Position numbers and translations under genes: made by a program. Positions 13,451 to 27,124 of a DNA stretch of 57,716 nt are shown here, piece by piece. This DNA comes from Tubiluchus corallicola (taxonomy: Eukaryota; Animalia; Priapulida). Each line of letters begins with the position of its first letter. Positions within the stretch are counted from its first letter, which is position 1. Location: NCBI GenBank assembly GCA_030141605.1, contig JAQGDQ010001168.1, forward strand, positions 1 to 57,716, in the 5' to 3' direction. The notes beneath the pieces were generated by a model. It was not told the DNA's origin. It saw only the letters and a program-made list of their open reading frames with translations, and searched no databases.

Positions 13451-15357
13451 ACTGTGTTTGACGGACTAACGTCACTCTTACTCGTTCTAAATTTACAAAT
13501 TTCAAGAACATTTCACACTGTTTTGTAAGGATCAATACAACTAATTTTTAAAAAGTCCTAAGAATTGCAAGTTTTGTAGCTGCTCAAGTTCACATTTCTC
13601 ATTATTTTATTAATAATTTGCGTCAGCCGACACGGGAACAGTAATGCTTTTAGTATAGCGTATTATGCAAAGTGCATTACGCCATCCTTTCATATGAAAG
13701 AAGAAACTGCTTCCTCTTTTGAGTGCGTGATGTAAAGAAAGGAGAAAGCTAATCTTCATTTTTCTTTTTAAAGTAGTTTCTCAGAGACGAAAAAGCTTTA
13801 ACATCGGGAAGATTTTATACGATAATCACAATAATTTTGTAATTTAACAGAATTTTGTAACTGAAAAACAATTTTCTGGTTGCTTCCTGTCCTGCTGACT
13901 TTTGTCTTTCTTCAACTTAGAATCTGATTTTCACCTTAGAAACTTAATAATGAGAAAAATTATTTTGCCGAAATGAAATGATATTTTCAGATATACCACA
14001 TGCCTGCAGCAGCTTAAAAATCACTTTTTCCAACATTAGTTTACTCAGTTTATGACAAGGATTATTTCTATAATCTGGTAACGGATAGGTTTGCGGTTGT
14101 CATGTGTAACTGATAACGTGGAGCCATACACAAAAATTTGCGCCACAGATAATATAGAAGCCAGGCTGCAAGTGCTTTGAGAAAAAAGTTACGTACGAAT
14201 ATTCCAGCTTATTTATTTACTGAAATGTTTAATTTAAAAGCAAGAAACAATTTACGCGGTGGGTGCGGTCAATTTTATTTTTCCCATCACTTCTTTGTCG
14301 CCTGGATTGAAACCTGGAAACGCAAACAAAATGTTGCCCAGCTTCCCTGTTCGAATAATTATTTTATCGTTTTATCGGGAGCTTCTTCCTCCATCTCAGG
14401 AGATGATGAGTTCTCGCGCGGATGCTGAAAAAACGCATTGATTTTCTATAAGAGCTGTCAAATTTCTCCACACTAGGACTTACTAAATCAATTACTGTGG
14501 CATTCTGATGAAACTCAATTGAATCAGGATGAACACCAACACTGAGAATTCGATTAAGTTTACTGTCCAAGGACTGTGGCTTCTCACAAATTGTAAAGTA
14601 CAGCAAAGAATGGTTTGCTGAAGCCTTACGTTTGAGAAATCATTATGATTAAGGCAACTTGTCATCCTACTAATTTTATTATATCGACGAGCCTTTGCCA
14701 AGTGCAGGTAAACACAGTCAAAGTGAATTTGATTTCTTCCAACTGGATGACGCTGACGACGACAAGGGTGACGATGACTACAATGATGACGATCTTGACG
14801 ATGATTATAACGAATGTGATATTTGGAACTATACTAACCCTGAAATCTTATTAAACGTTAATTTTATTATTTTTTATGCTTAATTATTTTGAACTAGAAA
14901 TTTGCTAAAAATCTTTGTTTTTGCATAATTACGTACTAATTATTTTAATAATTTACATAAATTCTTTTAATTGACTGATACAAGAACTTTATTGACGAGA
15001 TAACAGGTAATACTGATATTACTATTACGCATATTAAGGGCGTAGTATTTAATGGCTATACAAAGCAAACTGTAAGTTCAAAACGTTTCACAAAACACAG
15101 TAATTCGTTTTGCAAAAGAATTAGACAAAACCTAAGAACCAAAAGTAATGCTTGATAAATACTGAACACCTGTTACAAGGTACATTTTTATCAAAGCTTA
15201 TGTTTTTTTTGCAATAAAGTGATGTTATTTATTGAATTGAGTTTCCGTTTAAGAAAATGATTTCCTCCTAATGAGTTACTCCAAAAATAAGTATTCAATT
15301 TACGAACAAATTTGTGAGCCTACAACAGTTAAATGTTACTGCAAGTTGAACGCAGAG

Positions 15358-15712
15358 ACAATGTTTGAATGAAGTTAATTGCAACACCAAAATTACAAAC
15401 GTTAGGGTCAAAATACCTTTTTAAGTCTCAATTTTGACAATGTTTATTTTATTGTGTTATTTAATTTCATTTGACTCTCTCTCTCTCAATCTCTCTCTCT
15501 TTCTCTCTCTCTCTCTTTCTTTCTCTCTCTCCCCCTCTCTTTCTCTCTCTCTTTCTTTCTCTTTCTCTTTCTCTTTCTCTCAATCTCTCTATTTCTACAA
15601 TGTTTGAATGAAGTTAATTACAACACCAAAATTACTAATGTTAGGGTCAAAATACCTTTTTAAGTCTCAATTTTTTACAATTTTTATTTTATTGTGTTAT
15701 TTAATTTCATTT
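15358..15712. repeat. ~115-bp direct repeat flanking a CT-rich tract
   Basis: ACAATGTTTGAATGAAGTTAATT...TTTAATTTCATTT at ~15358-15472 and ~15597-15712. Confidence 0.88.
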
Positions 15713-16196
15713 AATTTTCCTCCGTGAGGTACGAAAGCTTCTAAAGAAAAATAAAAAAGTTTCAAGCCTAAAGACATTTTACCCTTCTTTTACTGTTATG
15801 ACCATGACAGAAAAGCAGTATCTTACTTCCAGAATATTTCTAATGTATTCATCTCGAATCAGTGACTTTGAATACCATTTCACGCATTAACACCTTTAAC
15901 GCTGTTGAATGAGCGCCCTAATTACTTAATAAAAGGCCAAAAATCTATGCCTTGCAGCCACGTATGAGCAATGGTAGAGGCAGGTACTAAGAGTTTAAAG
16001 CTGTATCATACAATGGCGGCATTTGGCATAGCAAACAGTATAACATTGACAAAGCGTACTAGAAGGTTGAGTGTGACAACCGCTGAAAGAAATAGTGCAG
16101 CGTTAAAAGGAATGACTTTTTGATGTATAAGCAGTTGGCACACGATGCATCGAGCCTCGGCAGAACAATTAAACTGAAGTTTTGAAACTACATTAG

Positions 16197-16545
16197 ATTA
16201 CATTAGATATTAGTAGAAAATGACGGTTAGAAAATATTAATGTACGAATATTTAAGACTGATGCATTTCATATCAGATAGAAACCACTGGAAGCGTTTAG
16301 TACGTGATATAAAGTCATGTATTACATTGGAATATTTTACAATTAACAACATAATTAAATTCATCTTTTCCAAACAATAACAACTTCAACAGATCATTAG
16401 TTCCTAAGGCAGATATATTAACATTTTCAGGCAGAAGTATTTCATTTAATTTATCAAACATAACAACCCTAGTTTGTTGATACAATGGGCAGTACAACAA
16501 AAAGTGTTCAACAGACTCAAATCGAAATCCACAGTTACAATTCGG
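16197..16545 (-). mobile_element. Non-LTR retrotransposon fragment (ORF2 C-terminus plus part of 3' UTR; CR1/L2-like)
   Basis: Translation NCNCGFRFESVEHFLLYCPLYQQTR is the Cys/His C-terminal motif typical of LINE ORF2; the adjacent sequence matches ~47660-47795. Confidence 0.8.
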
Positions 16546-17762
16546 CCATCTTGGATGACCGATTGGCATTGTTGCCAGCATGGTGCTTTCGATTTCGGTA
16601 CTCTGATTGGTGCCATTTTTGGTACGCATTCTGGTACTCTGCTGTAGAGTACAGCAGACAAGTGGCCGTTAGGTACAGTTTCAGCCTTTTTGCTGTAGAT
16701 TAAACTGGCTACTAGGCCCCCGATTGCGAATGAATATTAACTTTGTAAGATTTGTAGTGATCAGTAAAATTGAACGAAAACGACCTGTGAAGTACTGAAG
16801 ACCTTTACGAAATCCACATCGAAAGTTTGACGTTTTTTCACCAAAAGTGAAAAATGGAAACACTACGCGGACTGACATGCATGTTTGACGCTTCGTGGTA
16901 CGCGCGCGCGTATTCATTGCTTATAAATTCAGCGCTTAATACGTCTGTGCTTACAAAATCATCACCCACAAGTCACAGCCTCATTGGGGAATCGCAATGG
17001 AGAGAGGTATATAGGTTAGACGGCTTCACCTGTGCGACGTAGCACCTCCCCCAAGTAATAGGTTAGACAGCTTCACCTGTGCGACGTAGCACCTCCCCCC
17101 AAGTAATCATGCAATCCTGTACATTAATACCAGTATCACCTGCCAAGATTCAGTAATTAGCCGTAATACTGGATACTCGTATCTTGGAGATTCGCATGGT
17201 GAGGTAAAAATCAATATAAACGCGATTCCGATTAAAGAATATCCGATTCATGGTAATATGGCATGATCGAGGTCTGCACGCTTGCAACGCCATCGTAATA
17301 TTGCCAATAATAAATTTTCACAGTTTCAGAAGTCCAATAAAAACTAATAACGTTAGGCAATTTTGTGTGGAAATTTCGTGGTTTCCTTGTTATATAATCC
17401 AGAAAGGGCAATAACGTCACATAGCGCACTTGGTGATTGTACGAAGTTGTAAATCTAAATAAGGTTGTTTTTACCACTTCGTGATATTTATTATTCATTT
17501 GCCTATTTTTTATTTACGCGCGCTGATTATCATTATGATTATATTACACGCCAAAACAACAGAGAAAAAGTACATAAACGAATGCGAGAATCAAGCCCAG
17601 TAAAAATCACAGTACTAACATTGTTGCTGATGCTAAGAATAGGTTTGGAATCCATCAAATTTCGTCCGGTCCTTTTCAGCTGCATAAAATGCGCCTTGTA
17701 AACAATCAGGAGGAGGAAAAGAGAGCACAAATAGAATGGCTAGTTTAGTTATGTAACAGTCA

Positions 17763-18190
<428 letters not shown>

Positions 18191-18419
18191 CCCTGTCTAC
18201 CCTTTCTACCCATTGTCTTAGTCACTTATTTTGCTTGTTTAAAACATTAACTAGAGCCTTTTAGTAAATTGTGATGGGCAAAAAACTTAAAACTATATTT
18301 TACAACATCAGTTGCAAATGAATGCAGGAAGAACGAAACGTATGATGTTCACTCTAAAAGAAAGACAAGATCAACATAATCCTGTCAGTATTAATATGAC
18401 AAAACAAATATTTTTAACA

Positions 18420-18510
18420 AAATAATTCAACAAGCTAAAGCAACTAGATTTTTGGAAGTTGAAATTGATAAGAACTTAAACTGGAACAAACGCATGAATT
18501 TTGTAGGATT
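18420..18510 (+). mobile_element. Very degenerate LINE RT fragment
   Basis: Reads RFLEVEIDKNLNWNKRMNFV, resembling the KFLGVxIDxxLxWxxH motif of CR1-type RT; short. Confidence 0.4.
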
Positions 18511-18620
18511 TTATAAAGGAGTTGCACCTCAAACTTTGATATTGTGATTTAGTGTATTGCACAAATTGTTGTTGTTGTTTAATGGTTTAACTCAATAAAT
18601 AAATTATATAATAAAAAGAA

Positions 18621-19121
18621 TGTGTGGGTGTTACGCTGAGCAGTCTGTGTGGACGTTACGCTGAGCATTCTGTGTGGGTGTTACGCTGAGCAGTCTGTGT
18701 GGGTGTTACGCCGAGCAGTCTGTGTGGGTGCTACGCTGAGCAGTCTGTGTGGGTGTTACGCTGAGCAGTCTGTGTGGGTGTTACGCAGAGCAGTCTGTGT
18801 GGGTGCTACGCTGAGCAGTCTGTGTGGGTGCTACGCTGAGCAGTCTGTGTGGGTGCTACGCTGAGCAGTCTGTGTGGGTGTTACGCTGAGCAGTCTGTGT
18901 GGGTGCTACGCTGAGCAGTCTGTGTGGGTGTTGCGCTGAGCAGTCTGCGTGGGTGTTACGCTGAGCAGTCTGCGTGGGTGTTACGTTGAGCAGTCTGCGT
19001 GGGTGTTACGCTGAGCAGTCTGTGTGGGTGCTACGCTGAGCAGTCTGTGTGGGTGCTACGCTGACCAGTCTGTGTGGGTGTTACGCTGAGCAGTCTGTGT
19101 GGGTGCTACGCTGAGCAGTCT
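18621..19121. repeat. 25-bp minisatellite, ~20 copies
   Basis: Unit TGTGTGGGTG(T/C)TACGCTGAGCAGTC at 18621, 18646, 18671 and onward. Confidence 0.96.
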
Positions 19122-19182
19122 TTTAGGCGTTCATTGCCCTTATATAAATTTGTGTATAGAATTCATTGTTATTATAAATACT

Positions 19183-19314
19183 ACATACATCCCTTCAGCA
19201 AAAAATGTAATATATTTTTTAAAATAATCTATATATTGTGTAATATATGTATAATATACAATATATGCCTTATTTTAAAAAATATTTTGTATTTTTTGCT
19301 GGAGGATGTATGTA
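19183..19314. repeat. AT-rich imperfect palindrome (~130 bp)
   Basis: ACATACATCCCTTCAGCAAAAAAT pairs with ATTTTTTGCTGGAGGATGTATGT; the inner AT-rich segments also pair. Confidence 0.75.
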
Positions 19315-19351
<37 letters not shown>

Positions 19352-21422
19352 TATATGATATTATACTATATTATATATAGTTATGTATTTGATATACATA
19401 TATTAAACTATATTATATTTTTTGCAAGAGGAATGTGTGTTGAATTAATACGGGAAGAAGACATTCTTCGTTTTCCCGAAGGATTGCGCCCTTTTCAGAA
19501 CTTAGCGTTCTGTGTTTGAGAAAAGGATTTTTCCCTGTAACATTACGCCTAATGTTCTCGTTTGGGGATCTTATAGTGAATTTGGTCAATACCAGCATCA
19601 TTAATATAATCAAGCAGCGTTGGGTAGCCTCAGAATGAAATTAGGGTTTACGGCGCAGTAGAGATAACTCGTGTCCGTGGCTCAGCGCAGTAGAGATAAC
19701 TCGTGTCATCATGGCTGAGCATTCTGATTAATATTTCCATTCCCAGGTCTAGCTGGTTGAACACTTTGCAAGCTTCTTTATTTAGGCTACTTGTGCTGAA
19801 CCTATCTACGCACAGTAAATTTCATTCTTTCTACAAAGAGTTGCATTGAGTTATGGCTAGGCCCTGGGGATTTTTAGGTACCCTGGCGCCACCTCCTGCG
19901 CAACACTTGTGTATATTCTGCAAGTCCCCTATCCATTTTGCGAGCGTCATGAAGAATTCTACTTAATTTCTCGAAGTATTTTTCTGAGTAGAATCTTCGA
20001 AAAAAGGACATTTTGTGCGTAAAATTTTTACCCAAGCTATAATATTTCTGAGTGAATAAATTTCTATTATTTTCCAACAATATATATAATTTATGGATAA
20101 TCGTTTTAGTATAAAACTAGCAAAGGCCCCGCAAAAAAATTTGCTTATAAATACACTTATAAATCAATAATACGCGAACATCCTACACAGTCCTCACTTA
20201 TAACGCAAAGCCAGCAGCAGCTTTTACTGGATTGAAGTTATAAACAGAGTATAATGGATGACGTCAGAACAATGGCTTTGCGTCAGCAGTTTTCCAAGCG
20301 AAAATTGCCGAAAATAGAACATCTAATTAACTCGTCGTCGCTTCTCTTGGCGGATATGTCCTAACATATAGCCCACATCGTCGTGTAGCCCTGTTCTTCC
20401 TCTTTCTAAAGAGCCGTATATCTCCTTCCGAGAGTCCCACCAGGCGCCGCCAGAACGTTTTTTCTGCAGGCTGTTTCGTCAAAATTTCGAAAAAATCGCG
20501 AGTCGGGTCCGGGAAAACGCCCGTTACGGGACGCCGTGACCCTCTCGCAAATTCTAATTACGCTTATGACACCCCCGTTTCTGCAATCATGTTGTACGCC
20601 TACAGCTGATTGGAGCACCAGCCAGAAAGACCAGCAGCAGTTTAGATAATGCCAGCGGTAGGCGGTGGATAATATTATACGTTTTATAGCATTCCTCTCC
20701 CTATGTTAAAGCATGTGAAACAACCCCAAATATACGTCAATGTATTACGCAGAAAAATCCATTCTCAGGCATCTCGTAAGCCACTGCTAATGTAAACTGA
20801 CATGGCCGCAAATAATAATTAAACAAGAATGTAATTAGTAAAGGTCATCATATGCGTTGCAGAACAGCAGCAGCATCAGCAGTAGGTACTAGGTAAATAT
20901 GCTACCTGCTTTACTGTAATTATAGGGAACGTTCAATAACCCTATCTGTTTATTCTGTTAGGATCAGGTATATAATGTTGCAGCCGTGGCAGGCTTCCCA
21001 ATGCTGTCAATAGTAGGGCAATGCAAACATTCACCAGACAATTTAGCCATTTTGTTCTCTAAGCTGTGCACATCTTTTTCCAGATTTGAACAGCTGTGTC
21101 CAGTATCCAAAAATTAGTACTAAAATCCATAGCTAATTGCTTATTTACAAACTTGCTCGATTGATGTTTTTCCCGATGTTGACAGGAAGTCGGCAACATC
21201 TATCCTGGCGTCTGTACTTCCGGCTCCTGTGACATCAGTACCCGCGACTTGACAGCCACTAGCAACTTGACTCCCTCCGACATTTAACTTCAAAAGCGAG
21301 ACACGATACAAAAATGTGATTCAACTAGCCTACCGAAGTGCGACTCTTATCGAACAATTTGAGTGGGCCGTTATTTTAACTTACAAAAAATACTGACGCA
21401 AATTTAGAATTGAAATAAATAT

Positions 21423-21837
21423 TGTTCCGGGGTTCGACCCGGTAGATAGCCTTACGGCCCGCCATCGGTGATGCGGGTAAGCGCTGCATAACGGACAGTC
21501 CAGAAATTTGAAAAAAAGAAACAACAAAACCAAAGCTTAGAAATCAAAAGGGACGGCTGAGAAGAACAACACAATAGAAAAAAACCCTGATGACAATGCT
21601 TCAAACCAAACCTCCACGACACTCGGCAGGCAGACAGGAGAAGTGCATTCCACGACAACCAGAAGACAACTGACGATGTCACGTGTTCGTTCTTTCCACA
21701 GGAAACCACTGCTCAACCAATCGCAGGTAATGTGATGAGCTTCCTGGTTTAAAGTGGAGGTCATAACATTACCTGTACGTTGGCTAGCTGGTGCCTACGA
21801 ATAGAACTGTATAATGCACTGTTCCCTGTTCAGCTCA
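21423..21837. mobile_element. Solo LTR, copy 1 (415 bp), ATAT target-site duplication
   Basis: TG...CA termini, ATAT at 21419-21422 and 21838-21841; highly similar second copy at 41444-41862 with the same boundaries. Confidence 0.85.
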
Positions 21838-22037
21838 ATATTATTGGCGGAATTACGGATATTCCAAGCGTCTTTTATAAAAATTGAAAACAAATTATTT
21901 GGTAGCCATTGCAGACTTATACTTTGTTTCGTTCAGAAAATTTGCGAATAAGTATTACTAAAGTTACAGAAAATAAATCAATTATTATTGCAATGTCAAT
22001 ATTTAAAAACACCACATATCACTATATATATATATGA

Positions 22038-22279
22038 TGTTATGACCCACCTGCCGATTTTAATTTAAGCGCCAGGTTGGCTTCTTACCTGTGTTCTGTA
22101 CTTGCTTTGGACCTAGTTAGTTAGTTGTTATTGAGGTGGAAGTAATGTCGGCTGCTCAGGACGACAGCCTTGATGTTTTGTTTTTGTTATTCTTGTGTTT
22201 ACTGGCAATAAAAATGAAGTAATGTTGGAAATGCATCTCCGTTTATTCACCATGTTTTGTGTAGCCAATTCCAACTCAT

Positions 22280-22283
<4 letters not shown>
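22038..22283 (+). mobile_element. Putative solo LTR (246 bp) inserted in a (TA)n tract
   Basis: 8-bp inverted termini TGTTATGA...TCATAACA, AATAAA at ~22207, TA repeats on both sides. Confidence 0.65.
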
Positions 22284-22356
<73 letters not shown>

Positions 22357-22757
22357 TAGTAAGATACTTTTAATACCTTTGCCTATATGAAACAGTGTGT
22401 AGGAGTGGGCTTGGATACAAACTTGGATATTTGAACACAAGCCCAGTGCGATGACCACACAGCTCCTTGTGGCCAAAAAGGTCTTAATTCAATCCTAATT
22501 ACTAATCCTTTTAAAAGTGTTTTATCATGCTTGGTTTATAGCTCTTACTAAAACACAACACTTTGTATTACTTTTCGCCAGGACTACGTGTTGCTAATGC
22601 AGTTAAATTCACACTTGATTTATGCGTCCCGCAAAATTTAACTGCTAAAGACAAGACAAGTATAATGTATGGAGATGAGCTGTAATACGTTATCATTGAT
22701 GATTAGGCGTGTCACGTAGACGTACATAAGCAACTACAAGTATGCAGTGTCGTACCA

Positions 22758-23400
22758 GTCTCTTCAGTTTCTTTACATTAGACATCAACGAGCTGACTTG
22801 ATTCTTACTGACCAGTTGCTCTATGACCTTGTTGATTATGACTACAGACGTCTTTTTCTGTTGTCTCTTCAGCCTGTCTACATTAGACATCAATGAGGTG
22901 ACTTGAATCTTACTGACCAGTTGCTCTATGACCTTGTTGATTATGACTACAGACGTCTTTTTCTGTTGTCTCTTCAGCCTGTCTACATTAGACATCAATG
23001 AGGTGACTTGAATCTTACTGACCAGTTGCTCTATGACCTTGTTGATTATGACTACAGACGTCTTTTTCTGTTGTCTCTTCAGCCTGTCTACATTAGACAT
23101 CAATGAGATGACTTGAATCTTACTGACTAGTTGCTCTATGACCTTGTTGATTATGACTACAGACGTCTTTTTCTGTTGTCTCTTCAGCCTGTCTACATTA
23201 GACATCAACGAGCTGACTTGATTCTTACTGACCGGTTACGCCTACGTGACATGGCCTTGTTGATTATGACTACAGACGTCTTTTTCTGTTGTCTCTTCAG
23301 CCTCTCTACATTAAGCGTCAACGAGTTCACTTGATTCTTACTTACCAGTTGCTCCATGACCTTGTTGATTATGACTACAGACGTGTTTTGTGTTGTCTGA
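22758..23400. repeat. 105-bp tandem repeat, ~6 copies
   Basis: ACTACAGACG at 22841, 22946, 23051 and 23156; 35-aa periodicity in the overlapping ORF. Confidence 0.95.
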
Positions 23401-23464
23401 TGATACAAGGCTTCGTGGACATAATTTAAAGCTTACAAAGCCTCAAGTTCGACTCAATGTGCGT

Positions 23465-23560
23465 GTGTTTTGCGTGTCGAGTAATAAATGTATGGAACTC
23501 TTTGCCATGCTACACGGTTGATGCTTCTATCAGACTTTCGGCTGATTCTCCTGACCGGCA
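23465..23560 (+). mobile_element. Short CR1-type LINE ORF2 C-terminal remnant
   Basis: FACRVINVWNSLP resembles the conserved FFxxRVVNxWNxLP motif. Confidence 0.55.
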
Positions 23561-25183
23561 CCTGGACACGTGCTGTATTCTCATTAGTCTGTCAAACGTC
23601 CCAGAATTCGTTTGTGTTCGTAAAAGTGAACTAGTGTGACTTTCTCTGTAATTATGACGCCTCTAATTAGCCCCGAATACCCGGACGGACGTGCGGCTGG
23701 CCTAGTCTTTGAAGGACGCCGATTCATAAGCTTCTAAATCTTGAATGCACTCTCGGTTTATTAGCACAGATCGTTCGTTAATCAGATGCTTAATTATGAG
23801 TAGTCGTTTTGGCATCAAGCCAGTAGTATGAGTTTTTACTAATTATAGAATTCGATATCAGAGATACTGTAACGGCAAAATTCTTAATTGAAAACGAAAC
23901 ATTTGCCGAATCTTATTACTGAATGAGAAAATTCTTCTGTTACATTATAAATTGGTGTTTATGGTGTTTTGGTGCACGGTACGAATTCGTACGAAATCGT
24001 ACCCTACGTTCTCTGTGTTTTAAAAGAAAGCCCGTTTCTACTTGGTACCAATACGTCATCGCCTTATCACATTACGTCTGTCTTGGGCGGCGCGAATGTA
24101 CTTCTGCGTCCAGACGGGAGTTTCGTCGCCTCCGTAGGAGCCATAGTTTTGGTGAAGATATAAAGATCACATAAAGGGTCGTACGTTACATTTGCAGATT
24201 TATCCAAATTCGTGTGGAATACGGTTTCGTATACGTTTATGTGTATGTGTGTGTGTATGTATGTGTATGTTTATGTGTATAATGTGTATGTGACAATGTG
24301 ATCTATTCAATGCTTTTTATTATCATATCAATCGAATGTGATCATTACTAAAACTGTCGAGTTTCCATTCTTGGTTGTCAGAAATGTAGACACTTTATTT
24401 GTAATATTTTCCAATTATATATTTCATTAATTCAACAAGTCACTTTTCAAACCGAAGACTAACTTTACTGTAGTCCTCCATTAAACGTATCTTTTCAGTT
24501 GTACGTGTAACACACCTGTAAGCTTCTCTGTTATTTTGCGTCGATCGAACTGCAACGTTATTATGGATTTTCACAGGTTGTTTGCAACGCCCATGTTTCG
24601 ATTTTCCAAGTTGCCAGCGATTACCAGCGGGCAGTAAATTATAAGCAGACAACATTATTAATGATGCATGGCTACACGTTTATTATTAGACACCTGTGAA
24701 GATCAGCAGTGTTTTAGATTGTGTACAGGTATGAGTCTCCAGTCTATGGAAAGAACAAAGACTGTGATATTAAAGTTAAGGCGCCGTACATCCAGTACCC
24801 GGCTTTATTTCTTCTTTGACCAAAAAAATACACATAACGCGTACGTCAAAAGAGTAAGTAAGAAATGTAAGACTATCTTGAATTGATATGAAGCAAACTT
24901 AAAAAATAATGAGGTTCAGAAAAAGCAAAAATTACTAAATGCTTATTGTTTATGATTTTCCATTTTATTGACTACGTAGTCTTTATGCAACCAGTTTTTA
25001 AATCAATTTTTTTCCACGTATTCACCGGTAAAAATTCTTGATGGTCTTGTGAATGAATGCAGAGTGAATGCTTGAATAGGGGATGAAAATGGATCATCTG
25101 CGTCAAGTTTTTAATGAAAATGATAATGTGGTTTATACATGTTATGTACTCTTTATTAGCTGTTATGAGTAGCCAACAAGTTA

Positions 25184-25195
25184 AGAGAGAGAGAA

Positions 25196-25240
<45 letters not shown>

Positions 25241-25367
25241 GAAAGAGAGAGAGAGAGTGTGTGTGAGAGAGAGAGGGGGAGGAGGGAGACAGGGAGGGAG
25301 AGAGGGAGGGAGGGAGGGAGAGAGAGATGGAGAGAGAGAGAGAGAAGGGGAGAGGGAGGGAGAGAGG

Positions 25368-25452
<85 letters not shown>
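25184..25452. repeat. (GA)n/(GGGA)n microsatellite
   Basis: Directly visible. Confidence 0.96.
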
Positions 25453-25454
<2 letters not shown>

Positions 25455-25781
25455 GATAAAATACGTTTGCTCATTCAAGACAATGCGTCTCTCTTTAAAA
25501 CGCTTCAAACTACTGCCTACTTTATTACTTTATATATCACGGATAATCCTTCATGTGAGGCACTGAATCAGCAGAGGAGGTGCACTCTGATAAAGATGTT
25601 TTCTTTTTCAACGAGTCGCTAAATAGCAGATGAAACCGCTTAGAAGCACGTTTCACGACGGTTAACCAGCGAATTACTAATCAGGCCAAGACATGTTTAG
25701 CTTCGCAGCCTATCATAGCTTGTGAGCACTGAATGGTAAAAGTTTACAATGCCCCTCACACAAGAAATTGTTTCGTGAAGC

Positions 25782-25887
25782 GGATTAGGATTAGGGTTAG
25801 GGTTAGGATTAGGAATAGGAATAGGATTAGGGTTAGGCTTAGGATTAGGGTTAAGGTTAGGGTTAGAGCTGGAGTTAGAGTTAAGGT
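25782..25887 (+). repeat. Degenerate telomere-like (TTAGGG)n tract
   Basis: About 17 hexamers: TTAGGG, TTAGGA, ATAGGA, TTAGGC, TTAAGG. Confidence 0.8.
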
Positions 25888-26515
25888 ATTTAAATTGTGT
25901 GGGCACTTGTAAAACTCCTTTATTCACAAACAGAAAGTCCTTGTTACACCGTGTTATGCCGTGTAACTTGAGATGGATAGTTCTTTATAGGGCACTAGTG
26001 TTACTTATAGGATTTCTATAAGTTTTGCTAAGCACAAAGAGAAGCGAACTTTTGTATTTAGTAACTAACTTTTGCAAAAAGACAAGTGCTCTTCTTGGGG
26101 AACTACAAAAAGCAATAGTCGACTTGTAAGCCTTCTTCTTCAAAGATTTGCTTGTCACACATACGAACCAGAGCCGGTCTTGCTGGTCTTGAGCTAAGCC
26201 ATAAGTCTCTGTGGTAATCGAGCCAGGTTTTTTTGAAGTTGTTGCACAATTTGGTTGGTTTATTTAATTTCACTTCTGAGCTATTTACCGTCTACTTTGG
26301 ACAAGCGAAACACGTCATGTTACGGCTCAACAGCAAACAAAAATTTTCACCAAATTGATGCGAAAATTCTTACAAATGTTCCTGTTCGACAGTGAATGTT
26401 GTTGCCGTACTGGCGGCACACGCGCGATTTTATCGAGCAACTGAAAGTGGCTGTTGCACATTAATTATCAATTCTTTTAACGACACTACATTATTTTCTT
26501 GAGTGACAAAAATTG

Positions 26516-26833
26516 CCGACAAAAGTTGAATAACTTCGATAAGTTTATAATTTCTATAGAGCGATAAAACAGTGTCCATAATTATAATGATAATTAGCTC
26601 TTACTTACTGGCTGTTGTAAGGCATCTGTAGGTTCAGGTATGCAACATGAGGAAAGGCAAAACGCTTTGGTTGATGGCGACAAAAGTTGGATAACTTCGA
26701 TAAGTTTATAATTTCTATAGGGCGATAAAACAGTGTCCATAATTGTAATGACTAGCTGTTACTTACTGGCTGTTGTAAGGCATCTGTAGGTTCAGGTATG
26801 CAACATGAGGAAAGGCAAAACTCTTTGGTTGAT
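26516..26833. repeat. ~161-bp direct tandem duplication
   Basis: GACAAAAGTTG at 26518 and 26679; both copies end in CTTTGGTTGAT. Confidence 0.92.
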
Positions 26834-27124
26834 TCAATTAAAAGCTATGAAGCGACGCAGTAGAAATAGTTGTCACAACGGATTATTTAAACTCTTGCCG
26901 CCTGGTATAATCATGAAAATGTAAGCGAGTGAAAAGAAAATGCAGCATCGTCATCATCATCGTCGTCATCGTCAGCTCCACTCATGACTTTAAAAAATCT
27001 TTTAATGACATTTCAAAATTGCTATTACCACAGACTTTTGTGGTCAATCTTGATATAAGGCTGTTAACATGAAACATAGTAATATCTTTTCGATAATCAT
27101 GTTATGTTTTAACTGTCTACCTAC

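Noticed and set aside
14080-14883. Possible decayed P-element/THAP9-like transposase (YLFTEMF...GG.NFIF) with an acidic tail
   Set aside because: The resemblance is weak and broken by frameshifts and stops; it cannot be supported without a profile search.
19860-21300. GC-richer segments that might be NCKX exons or transposon remnants
   Set aside because: No NCKX-like translation in the frames I read, and no TIR/TSD pair I could define.
22693-23208. Repeat-protein ORFs here and at 5894-6391, 9292-9648 and 9799-10014
   Set aside because: Frames stay open because unit lengths are multiples of 3; there are no domain features or other signs of coding.
25782-25887. Relic of a chromosome end or fusion
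   Set aside because: The tract is short, degenerate and in one orientation only; such tracts are common inside invertebrate repeats.
27044-27124. Last 26 codons of the 324-aa NCKX ORF
   Set aside because: They lie after a consensus donor (CAG|GTAGGT) and show no family resemblance, so they are most likely intron read-through.
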